DNA of 64,000 nucleotides from Marsupella aquatica. Its lineage: Eukaryota; Plantae; Marchantiophyta. Each line of letters begins with the position of its first letter. Within the stretch, counting starts at the first letter, position 1. The notes below the pieces were generated by a model. The model saw only the letters and a list, made by a program, of their open reading frames with translations, was not told where the DNA came from and made no database searches. Made by a program: the position numbers and the translations under genes. Below, piece after piece: positions 37,936 through 49,253 of the stretch. The DNA lies in the NCBI GenBank assembly GCA_973895155.1, contig OZ316896.1, positions 15,872,576 to 15,936,575 of the forward strand, given 5' to 3'.

Positions 37936-39605
37936 GTTGTCAAGTATAAGTGAGATGGTCAAGCAGTCAAACTAGCAAGTAGAATTCAAGGAGAGCGAGT
38001 TACGGGAAAGTGGTGGGTTGGGTGCTGAAAAGGTGCACAATGGCACCATTGGGCCCATCTCATAGATAGAAAGATATGTCGCAATAATTGAATGGATAGG
38101 GAGGCTTTTATGCCATAATGACATTATGTAAACAGACCATGAGAAAGAAAGAATGAAATTGCATATTATTGTAGTGTTTTGATTTTTGATCATAGTCTAC
38201 CATTCATGCCATACCACAAAGAGTGAAGCCATGGTAGTAATTTTTCTGGGAGCAACATTTTATATATATTTACAGACCCCTTTGGGAAGCTCCTTCCAAA
38301 ATCCTGGGAAGCACGTGCATCCACATCAGCGCTATTGGCCACAAATAAGAACCATCTGTTATGCAAAACGAACCAAACATGACCATTCATATTTGAGGCA
38401 AAGCAAAGGAAAACTGTTAGACCCCTTAACTCTAAAAACAATGGAAAAATACAAAGTAACATTTCAAATAAACAAAGAAAGGGTTAAAGGAAAATAACCT
38501 TTGGATGGGTTGTGATCCCATTGTGATTGACATGTCAGTGTTTCCTAGTGAGTCTCCATTAAATGGTATATTTTTGAAATAACCATGAGTAGAAATAAAT
38601 TTTTCAAAAGTAATGTACATTTACCACGGTAACCTAAACCTTTGGGCCACTATGGACAGAGGAATACCAAAGGGACCATAAGAAACCCTTTGGCTACTAT
38701 GGATAGAGGAATACTAAAGGAACGTGAGAAACCCTTCAACTTCTATAACACTTACACATGGACTATGGATATTGGAGTACCAAGGAAACCTTTTGCATGG
38801 ACTTGTACCATTAACCTTTTGTTTTTTACTCTCATCTCCATATTCAAACCTATTAGAATATGAAAGTCTTCATTGGCTTTGTTAATTAGCATCAAACCCC
38901 ACATCAAACTTACATAACAATGGGGTCCTCAAACTAATTACAATGCTTGTGAATAGAGGCTGGCATGGAGAGTCTGGATAAAAAAAGCCTTCCAATGCAT
39001 ACTGCATGGGTGCTTGGGCTAGTTACAAGAAGTGTCCAAAAATTTCTATTTCACACTTTCTACCTCCTGGGCTCCTGGCATCCTCCCTAACGATTCTCTG
39101 GTGAGCCATGATTTCTAGCAACAGATACTTGTAGTAGACCAGAGTGTGAGAGGGGCACTTGTCACACAACTTTCTTCAAGTGAGCTACGCCTTGTTGTCC
39201 ATTCATGCCATCCCTTGACCCCATATATTCTTGCAAAGGGTGGAAGCATTGTGGAAGTGTGCGGCTCCTGACTTCCCTTACCACCATTTGTCCTAATGGG
39301 TAGTTGAATGGAGCAATGCTACCTCGCCCTGCCCCTCATCTTACCCTTTATTGCAGATTCTCCTCCCCCATCACCTGATGATACACTTATCTTTAACCTC
39401 ACATTAGGCACTTAGGTGGCATAGGTCAATGAGAATTAACTAGGAAAGGGTACTCCTATAAACTCAGGCCCATGGGTTCTCACTTGCGTAGACAAGATTC
39501 CTAAACTTGCATGGGATCTAAACCCCTAAATCTTGATTGGGATGACACACACATAGTGTAAACCAGCTGTGCTTTCACAAACACAAGCATTTTGAGATCT
39601 GATTG

Positions 39606-39750
39606 GAGCTTATGACTCAGAAATTTTATGGCGAAAATAACTAGGAAAGAACTTGTGTGTACATAACAAACACCCCAGAGCTCATGACTCAGAAATTTAA
39701 TGGCCAAATAATAATAGGAAAGAAATTGTGAGTACAGAACAAACACCCCA
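39606..39750. repeat. ~72-bp direct tandem duplication
   Basis: gagct(t/c)atgactcagaaattt(t/a)atggc(g/c)aaa..taggaaagaa(c/a)ttgtg(t/a)gtaca(t/g)aacaaacacccc x2. Confidence 0.85.
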
Positions 39751-40907
39751 ACTTGCTTTGTTATATTCTTAACCCCTCCAGCAATCCAGGCCATCTATCT
39801 CTGATGAATACAACCCATCTCATCCATCAAATTTATGTGAAGGATGCAGGAGTTTACAAAGAAACTGGATTTTGCTTAATCGCCCCAATATTTCTTGAGG
39901 GCACTGGCGGAAAGGGCACTGGCGGAAAGGGCAGTGTCCGCACTAGTCCAGACTAGTGTGACCTATGCCTCGTGGTGGGTGCTTGCCCTTGCCCTTTACC
40001 TCCTTGCCTTGCCCATCCATGTCTCACCGTAGACCTCTATCAGTTACCATCGGTGCAATTGTAGAAGGCACGCACGTTGGGCTAGTTGCATTTTATAGAG
40101 TTCAGATTTAGATGAGATAAAACCCACCCACCAATCCAGGCCGTCTATCTGCAACCAGCGCGGCCCATCTCATCCGTCCAATTTATGTGAGGAAGCGGAA
40201 TGGGACGTAAATTTTGGCCCCGATATTCCCATCCTGGCTCTCGACTTGGTCTGGAATTGGACGGTCGAGATCTGCGACTGTGTGAGCCCGCATCACAGGG
40301 GAGAGAGCCTGCGGCGCTAAGACGGTCGCTCGGGCAGGGGGCGGGACAGAGGGGCAGGGCAGGGCAGGAAAGGGAGGGGCAGGGCAGGAAAGGGCAGGGC
40401 ATAGGCCGTATTGGAACCTCATCCCCGACCCAAGGGGTCTCCTTCTCTTTCTCTTTGTGCCGAAGAAGAAGCAGCTTCATCGAGTCGACAGTCATCGACG
40501 CGGCAATCTACCCTAACAAGGTGAGTGCCACTGTCAATCTCATCGACGATTCGGCTCGATTTTGCTGGATGCGGAGTTTCTGTTTAGGCATATTGGGATA
40601 GGTTTTGCGTCCCGTTCTTTCAGAATTTCGTGAGAACTTGAGATGAGCCGAAATGGGGTCGGACTCATGGGGTTTACCCTAATGTTGAGGGATGGCGAGT
40701 GAGTGAACTGGGCGGGGTGGAGGGGTTTGTCCGGCGGAGATGTTGATGCTGTGAGCGAGGGAGGAGGGTAGTAATGAGCTGATTGTTGAGTACTTCGAGC
40801 CGCTTGGGGGACTGTTGGTAGTGTGATGCTGTGGTGGGGTTTTTAGCTCCGTGCCGTCGTCGTGATCGTTTTTACTTTGTTTTTGGGTGGTCTGGTTGGA
40901 CGCACAG

Positions 40908-42601
40908 ATGAATAGGGAGAAGCTGATGAAGATGGCCAGTGCGGTTCGCACTGGCGGAAAGGGCAGTGTCCGCAGGTGAGATATCTAAGTCCGCCTGCTT
41001 CCTCTCTTTGCTGGACCTAGCTTCTTTTACCTTTCGACAGACTCTATGCACTCGGTGCTCATTGTCGAGCTCGTTAAACTCTTGCTCAGGTCTCTTTGGG
41101 CTAGCGTAGAAGTACCTAGATGTAAAGAACGAGAGCTTGGCTATGTGGAGGCTATTCAGAACGGAACGTATTGGAATGTGGTTCCTGGCAGTTGGAAGGT
41201 ATAGGTCTTTCTTTGTTCTTCTTATGGTCTGACTGTTCTTAACCTGTAGTCGGGTTACGACATATTAGGTACCTGATCTCGTTTGTGTTGGCAGGAAAAA
41301 AAAAGCCGTCCACAAGACGACGACGACAGACGATAAGAGGTTGCAAAACACCTTGAAGAGATTGGGAGTCAACACTATCCCCGGCATCGAAGAAGTCAAC
41401 ATCTTTAAGGACGAAACCGTAATCCACTTTGTTAATCCTAAAGGTACGTAATCATTAGTCAGCGTGATCGAGTTTTGTTGATGATAGAGCTTTGTTGATG
41501 CAATGAAGCTTGTGGCCCAATCAACCAAACTCGGGCATTCTGCTAATTACTGGTTGCTTCTCCATCAATCCTCGAAGCCACTTGGTTTAGCCCATCTCAA
41601 CTTTGTTTCCACTGGATTGTCCACATGTTGCTCTGTGGTCTCCTCTAGTTGCGCGTCACGTCTCTGCTATACGATTTCAGCTTTCTCTGTAGAGTGTTCC
41701 CTGATAAATTCAGCACGAAACTGTCGGATGACAACGTTCATTGCACTGAAGCCCCATCAAACACGCAATGTTATTTAGGAATGATCAACTCGATTCTGTT
41801 GTTTGACTGATGACCCTGTCGTAGTTCTATCAGCGTAGGATTACGGTTTCTAGGCAATAGCTAGGAGGTGTGGTACAGTAAGAATATTTCAAAGCTGCTT
41901 AGAAGTCCTTCTCAAAGTCTTTCCTAATATACATTTTCGGGTTCTTGGAATGCCTGCAGTGCAAGCTTCTATTGCCGCCAACACATGGGTTGTCAGTGGC
42001 CCATCGCAAGCGAAGAGTAAGTTCTCACGTGGATTTCTTGTTGTGCATCGGAAATGATAGGCATGTGGATCATTGTCTGAATTTGATTTCTGGCACTCGT
42101 CGCGAGTTGATTCTCTTGGGTTACGTCAGTCGAGCTCGATGATAGTACTGAGTTTGGAGCAAGTTGAACCTTGAGTTAGGTTTCTAGCTGTTTCGACATC
42201 ATACGTACAATAGTTGGCTATTGGTTGAATTTTTCTCGTGCTTGGGAGCGGACTGATGTGCCTTCACGTCATTTTGCAGAGCTGCAAGATCTTTTGCCGG
42301 GTATTATTAATCAGCTCGGTACGCCTTCTCACCTTTTTCGATCCGTATGCTCCTTCTTCCTTTTATGCGTCAGGGTTTGTGGCAATTCAGTTCCTGCGTC
42401 TGGATTCTTCTCCTCAAGTCTGAAAAATAAAGTTGGCTTTCCTCTGCAGGACCAGATAATTTACCCAACTTAAAGAAGATCGCCCAGCAGTATCAGAGAC
42501 AGGAGTCTGCTGGTGCAGAGGAAGAGGAGGATGACGAGGTCCCAGATCTTGTCGATGGAGAAAGTTTTGAAGAAGCTGCCAAACAGGAAACTGTGTCGTA
42601 G
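40908..42601 (+). CDS. BTF3: BTF3 / nascent polypeptide-associated complex subunit beta, 154 aa, 5 coding exons
   Basis: Exons 40908-40975, 41295-41443, 41960-42016, 42280-42318, 42450-42601 (465 nt). [30 protein letters not shown]...[27 protein letters not shown]...[14 protein letters not shown]...[13 protein letters not shown]...DDEVPDLV. Likely non-coding first exon ending at donor 40520 (caag|gtgagt). Confidence 0.97.
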
Positions 42602-44004
42602 GCAGGTCCTTTATTTTCTGTGGCTCAGGTCAAACTCGATGGGTAAAGGGATATTGAGTTTTATCCTTTCCTACTTCTGGTTTGAGGCCCTGTTTTGAAT
42701 TACTAAGATCCCGTGCAAGAGTGACCATTGTTGAAAGCTCATATTGTGCCAATGCCTAGCAGGTGAATATACTTCTCTTTAGCTGACATAGACTACCTCC
42801 GACCCGAAGATTAGAAGAGGGCACAAGGAGGGTGTACAGAGCTTAAGTTTTGGCGGAAAAAAGTTGTGGCAACCTTCGATGGCATGTTTGGTGTCGTTGT
42901 AGTTGGCATCTTTATCTTGGCTTTTTCATTTCAGTTCTTGAAATGTTGTGCAGTACCTTGGACAAATTTTGGGAACATGAAGAAATTTAGATTGGGCTTA
43001 GATGAAGTACAGTAATGAAAGCTCCACTGGCAACCCACATTACTTTTGGCTGTAGTGCCTCTTCCCCTGGAACAACTTGCTTGTGTATGAGGGCCATAAG
43101 TTGACCGAATTCTTCTGAGCTTGTCAGTCGGACAGCGTTAGTATGGCCTAGATCTGTGACTTGAATTCTTGTCTACTGGCATGAGCTCTACTGTGACGGG
43201 AGTTTAGGCACCAAAGTCCGCATTTCCTTCAGGTCCCAACGGGCAAGGGACAAGAGTAACCTTCACAGTGAGGGGATGAATGTCACCTCGGGCATTCGCT
43301 GAAGCCAAGAAGATGATGCCTGCCATATGTAGCCTTTGACCTATAATTAACTCTGCCCAACATTGGTCTCGTGCAATTCATGCAATCTCTAGTGCGGCAT
43401 GCCTTGAAGTCCCCGGAGGCGGAGGTTTATGGTAAACCTGGTTCCCTCCGTTTGGTGTTGCTACACTTAAAAACGTGGATTAAACACCCACTTCTATTTT
43501 AGAGTTGAGCTAGTTGGTGGTTGATAAGGTGTGCCTTGCATGTTACCTTACACATTCCCACCTAGATGCATGACAGTTCTACCAGTTCCGGCTGCCAATC
43601 AATCAAACTCCTAAGATACCAGGAAGTCCAAAGACGACGCTAAAGGGATCAGGTAGTATGATTATCTGTTCAAAATGTCCGCCGAAGCCAGAAGGGGGTT
43701 GTGAAGAATATGCCTGCCTTGTCCTGTCTTGCGCGCACATAATTTGATGAGACTCGGATTGGAAGAGGTTGGAAAGCGAGAGAAATGCTTGTTGGGACTC
43801 GGGTATTCGCGGAAGTAATTTTATAAGACTTTGGAATAGGTGGCAAAAAGAGAGGAATGCTTGGTAGGACTCGGGTTGAAATGTCTACAGGAAAGACTAC
43901 GCAAGGTTTTTGGCTGGGTGGAACGCCTCTGTCCCAAGATCCCTGTAGCGATGTTTCATTTAGACATTTCACGTGGCCTCCTGCTTGCCTCCCTTCTCTT
44001 CGTA

Positions 44005-44170
44005 TGCATGTCTCAGTTCCAGGTTTGTTTGGCTGTGCATGTCGCGTTCCCTTCTCATGCTTGTTTCAGTTTCAGGTTTGATTGGCTGTGCACGTCGCCT
44101 CCCTTCTCTTCTCATGCTTGTTTCAGTTTCAGGTTTGTCTGGCTGTGCACGGCTTGTTCATGCTTGTTGT
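44005..44170. repeat. Short tandem repeat (~59-bp unit, 2-3 copies)
   Basis: catgcttgtttcagtttcaggtttg..tggctgtgca repeated. Confidence 0.75.
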
Positions 44171-45434
44171 TTGATCTCGCCCATCTCAGGTTTCTCGAAA
44201 CTTGAGATTGGGCCTAATCTTACTGGATTCTGGACGCATTTTGGACATTCTATTTCGTTTTTTATCGGGTGATTTTTGGTCATTTCTTTATAAAAAGAAA
44301 GGTAGCAAGTTTTTGGGTGTTCAGTGCCCCTTTATCCCAAGCAAAAAAGGGAAGCAACAGCAGCACCCTGGCACTACCCAGTTCCAGTTTCTTTCCAGAC
44401 TAACCCTAATCTCTTTCTAGCCTGGCTTCTTCTTGTGCAACCATGAACTGCATCATACAATAAACCATAATTGGGGTCCCACCAAGTGAAAAACAAATGT
44501 GGAGACGTGACTCGTCATGAGAGCAGGCCAAAATTAAGGGCAAGAGATGATTTAGGGCCAGTGCACTTTACTCGTGGGCGAAATACCATGTGCCACATCT
44601 CAAAGTACTGCGCAAGGTGAGCAGATTAGAATCACCCTGAGTTCCCCTCGAGACATTGTTTTAAGGCACTACCCTGCGAATGCATGAAGACACATGCTGA
44701 ATGCTGCCACCCAAAATGGAAGTATCTTTCACCCTGAGTATTATGTTTTAGACCTGTTCTGGCCCAGAGTTTAAGCAAACTCATATTTCCCAGAGTGGAG
44801 TGAAATCACTTAGAGTATTGGCCCTTAGGACCAACTCACATGTTGACCCTCCTTCACAATTGGACCCTTAGACTGCAACATGACCCTTAGACTGCAACAA
44901 GTCGTCATGAGACTTGAAGATTCTGCAATCCAATAAGCCCCTCCTCCGGCAGGCCTGACTGCAGGTCTGGTGGGGACCCAAGGGCAAGGTCCGGAAACTT
45001 TCTGGCCCTTGCAGGTCCCGACCTCTACTTTGCTAATAAAACAAACCTTGATCATGCATAGAACACGTAGGACAGGGTAGGAGAGAGTTTGCCATAGCAG
45101 ACCGCACTTTTTCCGGAAGTGGTGCAAGAGGTAAGGGCCGCATTGTGAAGGAGGGTCGACATGCGAGTGGCCCTTTGGGAGCATTGTGTATTCACTCCCA
45201 GAGACACATGTATAAGGTGAAAAAAGTAAGTGGCCAAAGGATACTTTCCCGCTTTGCACTGTGCAAGAATTTAGAGGGGCTAGATAGAACATCACTTTCA
45301 CTGTTGTGTGCCTGACACTTCATGAAAACTCAGGATCCCCATTCCAATGATGAAGCCAGTCAAGTCCAAGCCAGAAACTCCATTTGCAACAGACGGTTCG
45401 AGGATTCCTAGCGAAGTGATAGATGCTTTTGGAA

Positions 45435-45930
45435 CTAGCACTTGATAGTGGATAACTTGGTAGGATCTATGAGCTCATGCTGATGAAAGACGGGATGTTG
45501 GAAATGAGAGATTCCTTGCTGTGCTAACGGCCGTCTTTTGCAATTGGCCCTTGAACGGAGATAACTTGGTAGTATCTGTGAGATCATGCTGATGAACAAT
45601 CGGAACTTGGAAATCCGAGATCTGCTTGCGAAGGTGTTCAATTCACCTTTGAAGCTGTCTTAATGGCCGTTTTTTTGTAACTGGCACTTGTAAGCCGGTG
45701 ACACGGAGCTGATGAATGGCGGGAACTTGGAAATGAGAAATCTCCTTGCGACGTTTCTCCATTCCCTTCTGAAGCTCTATCAATGGCATCTGTATTTGGC
45801 ACTTCGAAGTAGATAACTTGGTAGTATCTATGAGCGCATGCTGATGAACGATGTAACTTGGAAAAGACACAACTCCTTGCGAAGGTGCTCCGTTCCCCTT
45901 TGTAGCTATATTAATGGCCGTCGTCCTCTG
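45435..45930. repeat. Degenerate tandem repeat, 4 units of ~110-140 bp
   Basis: ataacttggtag.atct.tgag..catgctgatgaa...aacttggaaa...ccttgc at ~45452, 45562, (45705), 45812. Confidence 0.8.
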
Positions 45931-47120
45931 TTTATTTCATAGGTGACTGGTACAACAGCATCAATTGCTTTGCAAGAGATCCCACTGTAATATCATATCA
46001 GTAAAGTAGTACTTTCAGTGACATGCCTGCTTGGGCTAGAATGCCGCGAGCCAATGCATACGTATCTAATTCACGGTGCCCTTCACCCAGAATTTCATAC
46101 ACGCAATTGCAAGGCGCAAATTGAATGTGTTATCTTGATTCTTTCTGCTAGCTTACAACAATTTCAGTCCTGCTTTCGAAATGATGTGTGCCAGTGCATT
46201 CCGTTCTCATGAGGGCATGTAGCTTTGCATTCCGTTCTCGTATAGGAATGGGCAGACCCATGGAAATTGAATAACAGCAGTCGTACATGGCATGGCACAG
46301 CCGACGCCTTCGGAACCTCAAGGGCTTGAGCATCCGAGAAGATGCACAAAATATTTTTGCCGGAAGTAACTGGAGTGTAAAAGGTAGTGACAAGACAATC
46401 ATACAAGGCGGACAGGCATGAGAGCCTTGTACACAGGAAGGACGGAATAACGTTTCCACTAGCACAACAAGTAGAGTCGAAGGAGCTCGAAGGGAAGGTC
46501 AGTCGGCAAGTTCAGAACAGGTTAAGACCAGAGTTACAAGTCGAGTCGAGAACCCGAGTTCTCAAAGTCCGTCGCGAGTGCATAACAGAGGTTGATAACT
46601 ACAGGTAAGGGCCGAGAATTCAGAAACACTCTCAGCCCCAACCTGTAACTATCAACTCAATCTGTTATTCACTCGCGACTCACTATGAACACTTGCGCGC
46701 TCGACCCCGACTTGACTTGTGACACCATCTGTTCTAAACTTGTCGACGAACCTTTACCTTCGAGCTGCACATTCAACCTTGGAGCACTCGCGAGGACCTC
46801 TTATGCACTCTCAACTTTCGGCAGACAACAAGAGACACAATCCTTCCAAGGTCACGTGAATCACAGACAAAACTTGTCGACGGGAGAAACCCCGATTAAT
46901 AGTTGCAAATTAAAGGCTTCATGCTACATTCGGGAGGTAGAGCTGAAGGCGGGGCTAGTCAGCTCTCTATCCTCTCAGCCAATTGCTCTCGGCATTTAGT
47001 GTGCCAGTCCGCCACTAAGCAAATAGTAGGAAGTAATCATAACAATTTTCATTATGTACCAGGCTACAGATTGTTAGCTGGATGGCTAACGAGACGAAAC
47101 GTTCCATGGAGCCATCGGTG

Positions 47121-49253
47121 TTATGCACATGTCCATGAGGTGAGAGCATGGAGCACACGATCTTTCCACCCGTTCAGGAGCCAATTACCGTCGGCCGCAA
47201 TTCCATAATTTTTGTTGTAAGTCTCCAACAACTCATGGGCCCTGTTGTTGATTTCAGGATCCAGAGGCAGCTGCTTGAAGCCTGCGTTGATGGATCTAGA
47301 TTGCCATTGTCTGTAAGTCTCCGCCCTCTCTATCCTTTCGGTACCCTCGCAAGCAATGATGTTGAGGATTTCTCGGCCCAGAATCTCCTTCTCTACCAGC
47401 CGCCTCAAGTCAACATCTGGAGGCACTGTCGTGTGCATAGCGTCGAACAGAGGTGCGAAGTGGTTAATCGTTTCTCGGAAGCGAGCCATAAAGAACGGCG
47501 AATTGATCCCAGCGCTGAGGACCCCCATGACGAAGATCTTCGGATTCATACTATGAATCCTGGAGAGAACCGTCTTACGCGGACTGGAAGCCATTACAGT
47601 CTCGTCCAAGAGGTTCCTAAGCCGTAACATGCAATTGACAACAAGAGTTTCATCGTCCCTAAGCTGAAGTTGAGCAGCGGTAATATTCTCCCATTTCCCA
47701 GCTATGGCATGATACTCGAACTCTACCCCCATTTCCTTGGCCTTCGCATGGAGCCTCCTGCCTGTCTCCTCCACCCTATCGTTCTTTTGGAACCCAGGCT
47801 GAGCGAAATCTATACCTGTCATTCTCACATGAGGAGGACCTCCTTTCCTCATGCTTATTTTCTTAAGAAAGCAAGACCATTGAACCCCATAAAGAATGCC
47901 ATAATCAATAATATGGATCCGATCCGACCCCTGGACGGCTTTGACGATAGTGGCATTAGCGAAGTAATGGCAGATCTTCGGCAAAGGATTGCATTGCACC
48001 CACAAACGATGTGCCTTGAGCATCTCCAAGGCACTAGGGCGAGAACCACTGAGAGCTGTATACAGCTGGGCACCTGTACCAGACACCCGAGCTACGAGCG
48101 CTTCTACGATGTAGTAGGCCATACGTTGCCCTCCATCACCGAACGGTGAAGTCTTCAGGCGAAGATGGCTGATCAACTGATGAGCTTCCCCAACGTTATC
48201 GGTGGCCACCGCCTGCGCACATTGCATGAGCAACGGATACAGGTCTGCTAAAGACTCTATTCCACTCCTACCGTCCGTATAATCCAACCTTATATTGTCA
48301 GGCCGCTCTTCTAGGTAGGGGCAATCATAATCGTCAGGTTTTAGGATGACGGGAGCTGCAGCTGGAGTCGGTAATGGGGTAGCTGCAGGAGTAGCTTCAT
48401 TCTGAGTAGAACCAGTAGACCGAGACTTCGGCGATCCGGTCGAAATGTTGATGATTCCAGTAGCGATGGACGATACCTCCTCAGCGAGATCCGCACTGAA
48501 GCCGCCACGGGACTCCCCAACTTGTTCATCATGAAAATAATCATGTGGATGCGTGCTGAGGACTTCATCGATCCAGTCATTCACTGCTGTATCCTTCTCT
48601 GCGTCGTCGTATTTAGTGGTCGGAACACCACCGAGGTCACCACGCACATTTTCGTCAGTCGGACTTTCGTCCCCGATGAGATCGGCGAGCTCCTTCGTCA
48701 TGGCCTGGTAGGCACTGCACTGCATGTACATGCACTTCTGATCGGCCATTTCCTCGTCCATCAGCATGGACGATATATATTGCATCATATCATCCTCCAT
48801 AGGATCCAACTCTGCTCCTCCAACCTCATCCTGCCCTCCGGTATTCACGGCAGATCCCCCATCTGAGCTAGAGTATGCCTCGGAGAAGGCATCAGCGGAG
48901 TGTTGCGGAGAGAGGATCGAGCTGGGAGAGTGTTGCGAGAATGAAGAGCTTTGTGGCGAAATCGACGCATATTGCTGCGGCTGCTGCACTTGTTGTTGGA
49001 GCTGCTGATGGAAGAGGTCTGGGGAGCCTTGGAATTTGTAGTCGGGGGAAGGGAGAGGGGAGAGGAAATCGGTCCTCGGGACATTGCGCTTCGGGAGCTG
49101 CGTCTGCAGCCATGCCTGTTGGAGCTGTGTAGCCAGCGGCGACTCGAGGCCAATGCCACTCCTCTGTTTGAGACTGGATTCCAGCATGGACCCTTCCCCA
49201 CTACCATTATTACTCCACGAATTAATACTATTCCTCTTCCTCACAGCCTCCAT
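47121..49253 (-). CDS. GRAS transcription factor, LISCL/SCL9/14/33 subfamily, 710 aa, intronless CDS
   Basis: N-terminal YISSMLMDEEM motif typical of LISCL; LLMQCAQAVA, SPFGDGGQRMAYY, IHIIDYGILYGVQW (VHIID), GGPPHVRMTGID, PFFMARFRETINHF, IACEGTERIERAETYRQW, GWKDRVLHALTSW (SAW). Confidence 0.96.
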   Translation of the reverse strand: MEAVRKRNSINSWSNNGSGEGSMLESSLKQRSGIGLESPLATQLQQAWLQTQLPKRNVPRTDFLSPLPSPDYKFQGSPDLFHQQLQQQVQQPQQYASISPQSSSFSQHSPSSILSPQHSADAFSEAYSSSDGGSAVNTGGQDEVGGAELDPMEDDMMQYISSMLMDEEMADQKCMYMQCSAYQAMTKELADLIGDESPTDENVRGDLGGVPTTKYDDAEKDTAVNDWIDEVLSTHPHDYFHDEQVGESRGGFSADLAEEVSSIATGIINISTGSPKSRSTGSTQNEATPAATPLPTPAAAPVILKPDDYDCPYLEERPDNIRLDYTDGRSGIESLADLYPLLMQCAQAVATDNVGEAHQLISHLRLKTSPFGDGGQRMAYYIVEALVARVSGTGAQLYTALSGSRPSALEMLKAHRLWVQCNPLPKICHYFANATIVKAVQGSDRIHIIDYGILYGVQWSCFLKKISMRKGGPPHVRMTGIDFAQPGFQKNDRVEETGRRLHAKAKEMGVEFEYHAIAGKWENITAAQLQLRDDETLVVNCMLRLRNLLDETVMASSPRKTVLSRIHSMNPKIFVMGVLSAGINSPFFMARFRETINHFAPLFDAMHTTVPPDVDLRRLVEKEILGREILNIIACEGTERIERAETYRQWQSRSINAGFKQLPLDPEINNRAHELLETYNKNYGIAADGNWLLNGWKDRVLHALTSWTCA

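Noticed and set aside
44825-45301. 158-aa minus ORF / possible retroelement remnant
   Set aside because: Only a faint resemblance to pre-RT sequence; no diagnostic motifs.
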